Shown: positions 42,766-52,691 of the stretch, one piece after another
How positions within the stretch are numbered: position 1 is the first letter of the stretch
Layout of the letters: every line of letters starts with the position of its first letter
From: an uncultured Acidobacteriota bacterium
GTDB taxonomy: Bacteria > Acidobacteriota > Terriglobia > UBA7540
Assembly: GCA_963804995.1 (NCBI GenBank)
Contig: CAWDSK010000001.1
Coordinates: forward strand, 160,001 to 224,000
Direction of reading: 5' to 3'
DNA: 64,000 nt
Position numbers and translations under genes: made by a program
Notes under the pieces: generated by a model
What the model was told of the DNA's origin: nothing
Seen by the model: only the letters and a program-made list of their open reading frames with translations
The model's database searches: none

Positions 42766-43785
42766 ATGGATATCCTCGAGAAGCTTCGTACCCGCGCCCG
42801 TCTTTCTCCCAAGCATATTGTTCTTTTTGAGGGCGAAGAAGACCGGACGCTCCTAGCCGCCCAGTTGATTGAAAAGGAAAAGTTGGCCAACCTGACCCTC
42901 CTCGGGGACACCTCCAAGATTAATGCCCGCCTTCAGGCATTGGGCTTGCACCTCAAAAGTACCCAGCTCCTCGATCCTGTCTCCAGCCCCAAGCTGGAGG
43001 AATACGCCGATCTCCTCTACGAGCGCCGTCGTGCCAAAGGCATGAACCAGGAACAGGCGCTCAAAGCCACTCGGCAGCCGCGCAACTATGCCGCCCTGAT
43101 GGTGTCGGCGGATGAGGCAGACGGTTCCGTGGGAGGTGCGCTGAACACTACGGCCGACACGGTGCGTTCCGCGCTATGGGGGATTGGCGTGGCGCCAGGC
43201 GTCTCGCTCGTATCAAGTTTCTTTCTGATGATCTCTCCTCTCAAGAACCTGGGCGCGGACGGCGCGACGCTGTTCGCTGACAGTGGCGTGGTTCCGCAGC
43301 CCACGCCCTCGCAACTGGCGGATATAGCCATCGCCACGGCCGCAAACGCTCGGGCCCTCCTGGAGGTCGAGCCGCTCGTCGCATTGCTTTCCTTCTCAAC
43401 CAAGGGAAGCGCTGAACACCCCATGATCGACGCGGTTCGAGAGGCGCTCGCGCTCGTCAAGCAGCGGGCGCCACAACTTGCCGTGGACGGTGAGCTCCAG
43501 GGCGACGCGGCCCTGATCCCCGAAATCGGCTTGCGCAAGGCGCCTGGTTCGCCGGTGGCCGGGCGCGCCAACGTGCTGATCTTCCCCGATTTGAACGCCG
43601 GCAACATCGGATACAAGTTGGCGGAGCGCTTCGGCGGGTGCGTGGCCATCGGGCCCATCCTGCAAGGGCTCGCCAAGCCCGCCAACGACCTTTCGCGCGG
43701 CTGCAAAACGGAAGACATTGTGGTGGCTGCGGTCATCACCGCCATCCAAGCCCAGAACGTGAAGCAGCAACCCCAGGCCGCGTAG
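42766..43785 (+). CDS. pta: Phosphate acetyltransferase
   Basis: [37 protein letters not shown]. Confidence 0.95.
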   Translation: MDILEKLRTRARLSPKHIVLFEGEEDRTLLAAQLIEKEKLANLTLLGDTSKINARLQALGLHLKSTQLLDPVSSPKLEEYADLLYERRRAKGMNQEQALKATRQPRNYAALMVSADEADGSVGGALNTTADTVRSALWGIGVAPGVSLVSSFFLMISPLKNLGADGATLFADSGVVPQPTPSQLADIAIATAANARALLEVEPLVALLSFSTKGSAEHPMIDAVREALALVKQRAPQLAVDGELQGDAALIPEIGLRKAPGSPVAGRANVLIFPDLNAGNIGYKLAERFGGCVAIGPILQGLAKPANDLSRGCKTEDIVVAAVITAIQAQNVKQQPQAA

Positions 43786-43867
43786 GGGCTGGCGGCGACC
43801 CGTGAATTTCGGACCGGCATAATCTCCAAACCTTCAGCCAAGGGGGAGTGCTAAACTCTCCTCGGGT

Positions 43868-44968
43868 ATGAACCGCCCTCACTCCACCACTCTTGCCTTC
43901 TTCGTCCTGGCTCTCGTTGCCACCCAGACCTCTGTCGGCACGGCCTCTGCGCCACAGCAAGCCAAAGTTCCGGACGAAGTCGTGACCCTCCAGAAGCAAA
44001 ACCGCTCGCACCTCCAACTGCAAATCCACGATCATCCGGTAGACGTTTACCTCTTCGCTGAAGACGAGAAGATGGACGTCCTGAGTTCCGCCTCCTGCGG
44101 AGGCGACGAAGATGCGAAGCAGTTTACCGGCCATTATCAGCTTGTGAGCGTAGCCGGGAATGCCGTGGTCTCCAAGCTTGACCTTGACCCCGAAGATACC
44201 TTTATTGAGAACAAGCTTCACGACGGCGCCAGGCTCCTTCATGATGCGAAGACCGGCCAGTACTTCATCGTGGTTTTTCAATACGGGACTTGCAACAATG
44301 AAAGCGTCCAGTTCTTTTCGGTCGACCTCTCCGGCAATCTCTTTTTGATTCCCTTCCTGGATAAAGATAACCGCATTTGGAAACAGATGGTGACGGGGCC
44401 AACCGGCGCCATTGCCCACCTTGCTGACGGCTCGTCGGTGTTTTGCACTTACGCCAACGACAATGGATATAATTTCTGCGAGGCCTACACGTTCGACGGT
44501 GCGAATTTTCGAGAAACCGCGAAGTGGATGACCCAGGACCTGGCCGATCCGCTGAAAGGATTTGACGCCGTAGGGCAAGCCAGACGCGCGCTCTTTGAGT
44601 TTCTCTCCGAACTCCTGGTTAAAAACTATCCCGCCGCGGGCTACTACTTCGCCGGGAAGCTGGATTTCCCTGGAGCGCCGCCCGACGCCGCCAACCCCGC
44701 ACAGAAAGCGAAAATCCTGGAAGCGTACTGCACCACCGCGGGCGGGCAATGCCTGATGCCGGCTCAAATCGAAAGCAAGACAGGCGCGGACGCCCAAGGC
44801 GCCCTGCCCTTTCAAGTTTCGTTCCAGACCTCGGACTTCAAACCTTTCCAGATCGGGGGTCGTTCGAGCTTTGAATTCCGCGTGGCCAAGACTGCCGAGG
44901 GCTTCAAGGTGCTCAACCTGCCACCCATGATCCCTACGCCACCACCGCCGGCAATAGGAAGGGAGTAG
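43868..44968 (+). CDS. Hypothetical secreted protein
   Basis: Signal peptide, six Cys, Pro-rich tail. Confidence 0.75.
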   Translation: MNRPHSTTLAFFVLALVATQTSVGTASAPQQAKVPDEVVTLQKQNRSHLQLQIHDHPVDVYLFAEDEKMDVLSSASCGGDEDAKQFTGHYQLVSVAGNAVVSKLDLDPEDTFIENKLHDGARLLHDAKTGQYFIVVFQYGTCNNESVQFFSVDLSGNLFLIPFLDKDNRIWKQMVTGPTGAIAHLADGSSVFCTYANDNGYNFCEAYTFDGANFRETAKWMTQDLADPLKGFDAVGQARRALFEFLSELLVKNYPAAGYYFAGKLDFPGAPPDAANPAQKAKILEAYCTTAGGQCLMPAQIESKTGADAQGALPFQVSFQTSDFKPFQIGGRSSFEFRVAKTAEGFKVLNLPPMIPTPPPPAIGRE

Positions 44969-45150
44969 GCAGTGGGCAGTAGGCAGTAGGCGGAAGGCAG
45001 TAGGCAGTAGGCAGTCCTTTTAACCCATCGTGTCTGCTTGCCGGGTGATTGAAGAAAAAGTGCAGTCTGGTTGAAGTAGCTTTGTTCGCCCGATCACCGG
45101 ATCTCCCGATCTCCTGATCCCCCGATCTCCCGATCGCCGGATCTCCCGAT
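44963..45150. repeat. (AGGCAGT)n and (CCCGATC)n heptamer arrays between convergent genes
   Basis: 44963-45014 and 45088-45150. Confidence 0.88.
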
Positions 45151-45151
45151 T

Positions 45152-46435
45152 TTATTCACGACGATAAACGATGCGGCCCCCCACGATCGTGGCGGTCACT
45201 GCTCCCCGGAAGGTGCGGCCATCGAAGGGTGAGTTGCGGCTCTTTGAGCGGCCTTCCGCGGCCCGATAGACCCACTCGAGGTCGGGATTGAAGATGGTGA
45301 TGTCCGCCACACCGCCGGCCTTTAAACGGCCGAGCGGCTGGTTGATGAGGCGCGCGGGGTTCGAGCTTAACAACGAAACCAAATGCCACAGCGAGATTAG
45401 GCCTGCGTGCACAAGCTCCGTGAGCGCCAGGCCCAACGCGGTTTCAAGACCGATGATGCCGAAGGGCGCGTCGGCCGCGAGGAGCTTTGCCTTCAGCTCC
45501 GGCGCGTGCGGAGCGTGGTCCGTGGCGATGGCGTCCACCGTACCGTCGGCAATGCCCGCCCGGATCGCGTCCACATCCGCCGCGCTACGCAGAGGAGGAT
45601 TCATCTTGGCGTTGGTCCCGTGCGCGACGACCGCCTGATCCGTCAGCGTGAAGTGATGTGGAGTCACTTCACAGGTGACGCGCACGCCCCGGCGCTTGGC
45701 CTGGCGCACCAGGTCAAGCGCGCCGGCGGTGGAAAGATGCGCGACGTGCAGGCGGCCGCCCGTGGCTTCAGCCATCATCAGGTCGCGCGCTACGCACACA
45801 TCTTCAGAGGCATTGGGAATTCCCCGCACGCCGAGCTGGGCCGCCACGGGGCCCTCGTTCATAACGCCCCCGGCACTGAGGCTGGGGTCCTCGCAATGAT
45901 CGTTGATGGCCACGCCCAGGTCGCGGGTTTGCTCCAGCGCGCGCCGCAGCAGGCCCGCCGTTTTCACCGGACGCCCGTCGTCAGAGAAAGCCACCGCGCC
46001 CGCCTCCACCAGCGCCGCGAAGTCCGTGAGCGATTCACCCTGACTCGCCATGGAAACGGCAGCCGTGGGAAAGAGCCGCGCCAGGCCCAGGCTGCGAGCC
46101 TTCTGGATTTGCGCGCGCACCAGTTCCGGCCGGTCGATCACGGGCTTAGTGTTGGGCATGGTCGAGACGGCCGTGAAGCCCCCTGCAACCGCCGCGGCCA
46201 TGCCGGTTTCGATGGTTTCAGAGATCTCGCCGCCGGGCTCGCGAAAGTGTACGTGAATATCCACGAAGCCGGGGGCAACCACGTTCCCGCGCGCCTCGAA
46301 GGTCTCATCCGCTGTGCCCCCGAGGTTCGGCGCAATCTCGCGAATCACGCCATCTTCAATGCGTACGTCCAATTCGCCGTCTAAGCCGTCTTCAGGCGAC
46401 AGCACGCGGCCGCCTTTAATCAATAGGGAAGCCAT
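45152..46435 (-). CDS. pyrC: Dihydroorotase
   Basis: DIHVHFREPG, MPNTKP, KMNPPLR, ATDHAPH. Confidence 0.96.
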   Translation of the reverse strand: MASLLIKGGRVLSPEDGLDGELDVRIEDGVIREIAPNLGGTADETFEARGNVVAPGFVDIHVHFREPGGEISETIETGMAAAVAGGFTAVSTMPNTKPVIDRPELVRAQIQKARSLGLARLFPTAAVSMASQGESLTDFAALVEAGAVAFSDDGRPVKTAGLLRRALEQTRDLGVAINDHCEDPSLSAGGVMNEGPVAAQLGVRGIPNASEDVCVARDLMMAEATGGRLHVAHLSTAGALDLVRQAKRRGVRVTCEVTPHHFTLTDQAVVAHGTNAKMNPPLRSAADVDAIRAGIADGTVDAIATDHAPHAPELKAKLLAADAPFGIIGLETALGLALTELVHAGLISLWHLVSLLSSNPARLINQPLGRLKAGGVADITIFNPDLEWVYRAAEGRSKSRNSPFDGRTFRGAVTATIVGGRIVYRRE

Positions 46436-46512
46436 GAGGTCCTCAACAGATTCGATTTGATGGGCAATGAGTATAGCACTGCACCCTGCGCCCCTCCGGG
46501 GTCTTCAATGGA

Positions 46513-46552
46513 TTTTTCATCCTCAGCTTCCTGCCGGTTGATCCCGGCGCAC
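46513..46552 (-). mobile_element. Group II intron 5'-end remnant
   Basis: GTGCGCCGGGATCAACCGGCAGGAAGCTGAGGATGAAAA versus GTGCGCCGGGATAAACCGGCAGAAAGCAGAGAATGAAAA at the start of the complete intron. Confidence 0.8.
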
Positions 46553-46824
46553 TAACCCCATTTCTTTTCATCAACATAATGGGTTAGCTACGCTAACTAG
46601 CTTATTTTTCATAAACATAATGGGTTAGCTCAAAACTGACATTTTTTCTACATGTGTTTTCAATAACATAATGGGTTCATCCTTCATTTTTAATTCCCCC
46701 TTTTTTTGCTGCACCCACTTCCATTTTCTAACTAACTTATTTAATTTCAAATACATATAAGTTATGACATTTTTGCCATTTTACCGCTAAGTACTTTTGT
46801 TTTCTAATACATCATGGGTTAGAA
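46553..46824. repeat. AT-rich locus with four copies of TTTTCAnnAACATAATGGGTT
   Basis: Copies near 46565, 46606, 46657 and 46800. Confidence 0.8.
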
Positions 46825-46879
46825 GGTCCTTTTCGCTTGCTTCCCAGGGTTCCTTTCTGAGCTCTCGGCGAAAAAGAGA

Positions 46880-47032
46880 TTCACCACAGAGGTCACAGAG
46901 ATCACAGAGTAGTGCGTCATCGGTCATTCTGTCCTCAGTGACCTCTGTGCTCCCTGTGGTTAACCCGTTTTGGGGCTGCGGGCAAAGGCCGCGCCAAGTT
47001 AAGGCTTGCGGTGCACGGAGGTCACAGAGAAA
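46880..47032. repeat. CACAGAG/CTCTGTG-type short repeats in inverted arrangement
   Basis: caccacagaggtcacagagatcacagag ... ctcagtgacctctgtgctccctgtgg; related stretches at 28750-28862 and 49659-49792. Confidence 0.7.
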
Positions 47033-47247
47033 CAGCCTCCCGTCCCGTCCCATTTCACCAGGGCGCGCTTCCGTCCACTACAATGGTAACATTTCTAGAA
47101 TGGGTAATGTCAATACCAGGACGTACGATTTGGGCTACCGGTAGCCCAAAAATGCACCGAAGGTGGCGAATTGTCCGGAATGCACTTTAGACCCACTGCG
47201 GTTCACTCAAACTTCGTCAAGGCGACTGTCCCCTGCTTGCCCCTCGA

Positions 47248-47385
47248 ACCCCCTCACCCCCGGCCCCTCTGTCGCCGCCAGCGTCTTCATCAGCCGGGGC
47301 GGGCCGGGCCTACGCCCACCGAAGGGACTCTTGGGAACCGCAAACGACTTCGGCTTCGGCCCGCAGGCGGGTGAGGGGGTCTCCC
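47248..47385. repeat. Variant copy of the CCCTCACCC element
   Basis: acccctcacccc ... ttcatcagccggggcggg ... gggtgaggggg. Confidence 0.65.
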
Positions 47386-47389
47386 AACA

Positions 47390-48064
47390 TTAGGCCGGCG
47401 ATACATTCGGGAACAGTGGCAGCAAGCAGTCCTTTACTGGCTGGTAGGTCTTGCGATGCTCCGGGCAGGGGCCGAAGCGCGTGAGCGCGGCAAGGTGCTC
47501 GCGCGTGCCGTAGCCTTTGTTCCTGGCGAGGCCGTATTGGGGATAGACGCGGTCGAGTTGCGCCAGGTGCTCGTCACGAGCCACTTTGGCGAGTATCGAC
47601 GCGGCGGCGATTGAAACCGAGCGCGCGTCACCATGAATCAGGGCGCGGTGGGGAATGAAGAACTCGACGCCCGCTTCGCGGAGCGGCATGGCATCGGTAA
47701 GGATGAAATCGGGCGCCGGGTTGAGTGCTTTGAGCGCTCGCAGCATCCCTTGACGCGAGGCTTCGTAAACATTTAGCGCGTCCACTTCCTCGGCGGAAAC
47801 GGCCACGACTCGCCACGCCAGGGCTTCGACGCGAATCTCCTCCGCCAGGCGCTCGCGCTCGCGTGCCGTAAGCTTTTTGGAATCGTCAATGCCGGAGATG
47901 GTTTTCGCAGGATCAAGGATGACGGCGGCGGCGTAAAGCGGGCCAAGGAGCGCGCCGCGGCCGGCCTCGTCACATCCGGCAATGAACCGGCGGCCCTGGC
48001 GCAGGGCCAGCGCCTCAAGCTGCCGCGTGCATCGAAGTTCCGCAGGGTCGCGTAGACGGGGCAT
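47390..48064 (-). CDS. rnhB: Ribonuclease HII
   Basis: GCDEAGRG, DSKKL, SIAAASILAKVARD, NKGYGT. Confidence 0.96.
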   Translation of the reverse strand: MPRLRDPAELRCTRQLEALALRQGRRFIAGCDEAGRGALLGPLYAAAVILDPAKTISGIDDSKKLTARERERLAEEIRVEALAWRVVAVSAEEVDALNVYEASRQGMLRALKALNPAPDFILTDAMPLREAGVEFFIPHRALIHGDARSVSIAAASILAKVARDEHLAQLDRVYPQYGLARNKGYGTREHLAALTRFGPCPEHRKTYQPVKDCLLPLFPNVSPA

Positions 48065-48151
48065 ATTCAATTTTGGATTTTAGATTTTGGATTCTAGATT
48101 TGCAAGGCGCGCAGTGGGAGGGTGGTATCCTAGTTTGGAAAGAAGCCCCAA

Positions 48152-48346
48152 ATGACCCCTCACCCGTCCCGCCCCGGCTGATGAAGGCGCCGGCTGCGGT
48201 CCACCCTCTCCCCTCGGAGAGGGCGGTTACTCAAGGTGAGGCGCTGCGCCGTAGCCACCCTGAGATCATAGCCTTCTCCCCAGGGGTCGCAGATCCGCCG
48301 TGGCGGAAGAAGGTGGCTGACGGAGGAGGCCGGATGAGGGGTTACT
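48152..48346. repeat. ~190-bp MITE/REP-like element, copy 2
   Basis: Reverse complement of 13686-13878. Confidence 0.85.
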
Positions 48347-48479
48347 TACACCGGCAGGGCGTCGAAACAATTTGCAACTTATGAAATCAAAAACCAGTAA
48401 CCCGGCGCTACGTCAAACTAGGACACTACCAGTGGGAGGGTGGACGATCGTGCCGGCCCTCCCACTGTAACCTGCACGC

Positions 48480-49205
48480 TCAGTGCTGTGCCTGCGGTTT
48501 TCGCAAGAAGGGCGCCGCTCCGATAAACAGTGCGATGGCTGGCAGCAGGACCCAATTGGCCAAGAGAATGAGGAAACCGGTTATGAACTCGACGAACGAG
48601 TGACCTGTCAGCGAAAAACTGATGGGCCTGTGGTAGTGCACCGCCATGACCATTCCAATGGGCCAAGCGATAAACGGAATAAAAATTAGAAAAAACCCGA
48701 GCATGCCGAGAGACGGAGCCAGCGCCGCCAGCATCCGATGAAGAGCCTTGCCCCCCGCGAGTTGCGACCAGAAGGCCGCCACAGCGCCGACGACGGGGAG
48801 GGCGATGAGCCAGGGGACATAAAAGGCGAAAAAGGCGTGATATGTACCCGGCTCTCCACTCAGCCAGTAGAAACGCGGCTCAAGGCCGGCATGTTGGAAA
48901 ACAGCCAGCAGGCCGCTGCTGATCGCGAGCGCACACATTGCCGGCAGCCAGAAAACCTTGGTGCGGTAATTCATGATTGCCTCCTCAGCTTCCGCTGCAA
49001 GGATTTCCTCGCGAAGTTTGAGCCAGTTGGACACGGAATCAAGAACCTCTCGGGCGGCTGTATCTTTCGCCACCCCGCGTGCTTCGAGGGCCGCGGCCTG
49101 GTCCTCTAGATGCTCGCCGAGTTCGCGCAGAATCTCATCCTCCCGGCGGGGCGCCAGCCCCAATTCACCCAAACGCATTTTGAGAAGCTCGCGGTTATCC
49201 GGCAT
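48480..49205 (-). CDS. PadR-associated membrane protein
   Basis: N-terminal REDEILRELGEHLED helix followed by about four TM segments. Confidence 0.8.
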   Translation of the reverse strand: MPDNRELLKMRLGELGLAPRREDEILRELGEHLEDQAAALEARGVAKDTAAREVLDSVSNWLKLREEILAAEAEEAIMNYRTKVFWLPAMCALAISSGLLAVFQHAGLEPRFYWLSGEPGTYHAFFAFYVPWLIALPVVGAVAAFWSQLAGGKALHRMLAALAPSLGMLGFFLIFIPFIAWPIGMVMAVHYHRPISFSLTGHSFVEFITGFLILLANWVLLPAIALFIGAAPFLRKPQAQH

Positions 49206-49536
49206 TTGCGACTCCAGCGATGCGATGCAGCGCCTGGAAAAACAAACCCCATTCCGCGCGTAACGGCGACAGTTGCTTCTTGCCGCCTCGGGTCAGGTGG
49301 TAGTAGCGGCGCTTGCGGCCACTCTTCGCCTCCTCCCACTTTCCCTTCACCCAACCGCGCCTCTCCATCCGATAAAGCAGCGGGTAGAGCGAGGCCAGGT
49401 TGAACTGGAGGACGCCGCCGGTTACCTCAGCAATGCGCTTCGAGATTTCGTAGCCGTGCAAAGGCTCCTGGTTCAAAAGCGCGAGGATGGCCAATTCCCC
49501 GCTGCCGCGTTTGATTTTCGTGTCGATTCCGGTCAC
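49195..49536 (-). CDS. PadR family transcriptional regulator
   Basis: LHGYEISKRI, SLYPLLYRMERRGWV, RRYYHLT. Confidence 0.94.
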   Translation of the reverse strand: MTGIDTKIKRGSGELAILALLNQEPLHGYEISKRIAEVTGGVLQFNLASLYPLLYRMERRGWVKGKWEEAKSGRKRRYYHLTRGGKKQLSPLRAEWGLFFQALHRIAGVANAG

Positions 49537-49542
49537 GGTTGC

Positions 49543-49586
49543 TCCTATAGATGTGAATCCTATATATAGGGCGCAGCGATGTCAAG
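49543..49586 (-). promoter_or_regulatory. Sigma70 promoter overlapping a palindromic PadR-type operator
   Basis: TTGACA-N17-TAGGAT; TATAG-gattcacat-CTATA. Confidence 0.6.
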
Positions 49587-49812
49587 AGGAAATTTCGATT
49601 TAGAATTTTGGATTAGAGGGGCGGGCTGCTACGGAATAAACTCCGAAATCCCTGCTTACCGCAGAGGCACGGAGACGCAGAGAAGGCACGGTGTCAGGTA
49701 TGCGGCGCCAGGTGTCAGGGAAACCGGGATTCGGATCCCCGACACCTGGAACGTGAAAGCTTTTCTCCGCGTCTCAGGGTCTCCGCGGTGAGGTAAGCGG
49801 TTGCCGGACGCG

Positions 49813-50169
49813 CTATGCTTCCTGTTCGGTTTGCACTTCGCGCAGGCGAGCGGCCTTGCCCCGCAGCTTGCGGAGGTAATAAAGCTTGGCGCGGCGCACC
49901 CGGCCGGAGCGCACCACTTCGACCTTGTCCACGATGGGAGAGTGCAAGGGGAAGATGCGTTCCACGCCGTGGCCGAAGGAAATCTTGCGGACCGTAAAGG
50001 TGGAGTGATTGCGCGCGCGGCGCTGGCCAATCACGGTGCCTTCAAAGACCTGGATTCTTTCCTTATCGCCTTCCTTGATTTTGACGTGCACCTTCACCGT
50101 ATCGCCGGGGCGAAACGAGGGGACGTCCTTCTTCATCTGCGATTGTTCAACTTTTTCAAGCGCGTTCAT
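49813..50169 (-). CDS. rplS: 50S ribosomal protein L19
   Basis: [31 protein letters not shown]. Confidence 0.98.
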   Translation of the reverse strand: MNALEKVEQSQMKKDVPSFRPGDTVKVHVKIKEGDKERIQVFEGTVIGQRRARNHSTFTVRKISFGHGVERIFPLHSPIVDKVEVVRSGRVRRAKLYYLRKLRGKAARLREVQTEQEA

Positions 50170-50317
50170 GTTTCGATTCTCCCAAACTTTCGAGCGCAAC
50201 TGAGGGGCAGGATTTTACCCTTGCCGTCCCGGCCTCGAAACAAAAATTTAAAGGCTTCAAGCTTTTCCATCTGGCGGGGCTCAATTCCTGCCCTGCCGTC
50301 AACCCTCACTACTTCTG

Positions 50318-50428
50318 GGTGGTGTCTCAGTTTGATGATGTAGCGGCGAGTTTACCTCGCCATATGGCGGCGTCCCGATCAGATCGGGATGAATGCCGCC
50401 GCCTCTACATCAAACTGAGACACTACCT
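50318..50428. repeat. REP-like element with GTGTCTCAGTTTGAT terminal inverted repeats
   Basis: ggtggtgtctcagtttgat ... atcaaactgagacactacc; a related half-site lies near 48405-48430. Confidence 0.8.
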
Positions 50429-50472
50429 ACTTCTTTCGCCCCTGCCGGGGCTCTCACAGGCCAACTCTTGGC

Positions 50473-51264
50473 TCACCCGGCGCGATTGACCGGTTCTTTC
50501 TCAGAGCACTTGAGTGAGTCCAACCACTCGCGATCTTCGTCACTCAGCGCGATCTGCACCAGCAAATCCGGCCGGCGCCGCCAGGTCTTTTCCAGCGCTC
50601 GCCGGCGCCGCCACTGGCGCACCTGCTGGTGGTTGCCGGAGAGTAAAACCTCCGGCACTTTCCAGTCGCGGAACTCCGCGGGGCGCGTGTAATGCGGGCA
50701 ATCCAGCAGCCCGTAGCGCATTTCCACCGGCGCATCTGCCGGAACCGCAAAGGAATCCTGCTCGCTTGATTCCTCGTTGCCCAGCACACCCGGCAGCAGG
50801 CGCGTCACCGCTTCCATAACCACGGCCGCGGCCAGCTCCCCACCACTCAAGACGAAGTCGCCGATGGAGATTTCATCGGTCGCCAGATTCTCCGCCACAC
50901 GCTCGTCCACACCTTCGTAACGGCCGCAAATCAAGACCAGCCGAGCTGAGTGCGAAAGCTCTTCCGCCACCGTCTGGGTCAACAAGCGTCCCTGGGGCGA
51001 AAGCAGAATCACCGGGAATTCTTTCTCCGGCGCTTCGGCCCTCAAGGCTTCCACGGCCCGGAAAATCGGCTCGGGCTTGAAAACCATGCCCGGGCCCCCG
51101 CCGAAGGGGCGATCATCCACCGTGCGATGACGGTCGTCGGTGAATTCCCGCAGATCATGCAGCCGAATCGTCGCCTGGCCACCCGCCATCGCCCGCTTGA
51201 GCAACCCGTGCTCCAGGATGCTGCGGAAGAAGTCCGGAAAAATGGTGATGACGTCAAAGGTCAT
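50473..51264 (-). CDS. trmD: tRNA (guanine37-N1)-methyltransferase
   Basis: VDDRPFGGGPGM, CGRYEGVDER, SIGDFVLSGGE. Confidence 0.98.
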   Translation of the reverse strand: MTFDVITIFPDFFRSILEHGLLKRAMAGGQATIRLHDLREFTDDRHRTVDDRPFGGGPGMVFKPEPIFRAVEALRAEAPEKEFPVILLSPQGRLLTQTVAEELSHSARLVLICGRYEGVDERVAENLATDEISIGDFVLSGGELAAAVVMEAVTRLLPGVLGNEESSEQDSFAVPADAPVEMRYGLLDCPHYTRPAEFRDWKVPEVLLSGNHQQVRQWRRRRALEKTWRRRPDLLVQIALSDEDREWLDSLKCSEKEPVNRAG

Positions 51265-51374
51265 AAGTACAGGGGCTGGGGAAACAGCAAATGGTGAAGT
51301 ATAAAGTGTAAAGTTTTATGGAACTTAACCTTTAACCCATACCCTTTACACCTCACTATTCCCCAGCACCCGTC

Positions 51375-51959
51375 TTACTCGTTTAATTCCAGCAAATCCT
51401 CCGGCGGGTCGATGACGATCAGCTTGGCCGCGGGATCGATCCGGGTGCAGATTTCCTGCGCCAGGGGGATGAGCGCCTCACTTTTCCCGTCGCCGCGCGC
51501 GACATGCAGGACAGGCGTGCCGCCGGTAGATTCAACTTCGGTCACCGTCCCGATTTCCGTACCCTGCCGCTCCAGGACAACCTTGCATCCCTCAAGTTCC
51601 CACAGGTAGTAATGATGCTGGGGAAGCGGTATGCGCTCTTCCTGCGGGATGAGGACTTGAAACCCCCGCAGGCGGGAGGCGCTCTCGATGGAGTCTACTC
51701 CCGCAAGCTTCAAGATCATGCGGCCCTTGTGCGGCCAAGCGTGCTCAACCGTGACGGGCCGGGGGCTCTGGCCAGGCTCTTCCAGCAACGCCGACTGGAG
51801 CTTATCGAAGCGCGCGGGGAAATCCGTAAAGATCTCCGCCGCTACTTCTCCCTTGCGCCCCTGAGGCCGGAGAATGCGTGCGATGGTCAGAAATTTCCCG
51901 GCCGCGATATGCGCAACCTTTCTGCCGTCCCGCACGCCGCTTCTTGCCCCAGGTGGCAC
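51375..51959 (-). CDS. rimM: Ribosome maturation factor RimM
   Basis: RPQGRKGEV, YYLWELEGC; operon position. Confidence 0.93.
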   Translation of the reverse strand: MPPGARSGVRDGRKVAHIAAGKFLTIARILRPQGRKGEVAAEIFTDFPARFDKLQSALLEEPGQSPRPVTVEHAWPHKGRMILKLAGVDSIESASRLRGFQVLIPQEERIPLPQHHYYLWELEGCKVVLERQGTEIGTVTEVESTGGTPVLHVARGDGKSEALIPLAQEICTRIDPAAKLIVIDPPEDLLELNE

Positions 51960-51969
51960 GCCGGAACCC

Positions 51970-52200
51970 CTATTCCAGGATTTCCAGCGTGAAGCGCTTC
52001 TTGAGCTTCATCCCCGCGGCATTGAGAATGGTGCGGACCGAGCGGGCCGTCCTCCCCTGCTTTCCGATCACCTTCCCCAAGTCGGAGGGGTGCACCCGCA
52101 ATTCCAGCACGGTTATTTGTTCACCTTCCACGGCCCGCACTGAAACTTGGTCAGGGTTATCCACTAGCGCTTTGGCGATGGCTTCGATCAGCTCCTTCAT
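51970..52200 (-). CDS. khpA: KH-domain RNA-binding protein
   Basis: [27 protein letters not shown]. Confidence 0.92.
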   Translation of the reverse strand: MKELIEAIAKALVDNPDQVSVRAVEGEQITVLELRVHPSDLGKVIGKQGRTARSVRTILNAAGMKLKKRFTLEILE

Positions 52201-52318
52201 GTGGCCCTCCCGCGCACTCGAGTTGTGTTGCAAGAACCCCTTGGGAATCAGTGTGTGTGAGAACGCTGACCGCTCGTTAGGCGGGCGCCGCGACAAACGC
52301 CATGATCGCCTGCGGAAT

Positions 52319-52567
52319 TCAGGCCGGCACGACAGGAGGCGGCTGCTTCAGGAAACTTTCGACGGTCTCCGAAGGCTGCGCCCCGCGTCCGATCCAATAA
52401 TCCACGCGCTCGCGATTCAATACGATCTCCGGTGGCGTTCGCCGAGGGTTGTAATGCCCCAGGATCTCCACGAAGCGTCCATTCCGCGCTCGTTCGCGAT
52501 CAATCACCACGACTCTGAAACTACCCTTCTTTTTGGCTCCGGTTCGAGCCAGGCGTATCCTTAACAA
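52319..52567 (-). CDS. rpsP: 30S ribosomal protein S16
   Basis: [26 protein letters not shown]. Confidence 0.97.
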   Translation of the reverse strand: MLRIRLARTGAKKKGSFRVVVIDRERARNGRFVEILGHYNPRRTPPEIVLNRERVDYWIGRGAQPSETVESFLKQPPPVVPA

Positions 52568-52691
52568 TCTTCCCCCTTCTCCGACAGTATTACTAAATTG
52601 CGGCGGCCCGCCCGAGCGAACCTCCCGCTGTCACCATAAGAGTTCGAAATAAAAAACTGTGCCGCGAGCCCGGTTTCGCGCGCCCTGGGGA

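Noticed and set aside
46553..46824. CRISPR array
   Set aside because: Degenerate repeats, irregular low-complexity spacers, no cas genes.
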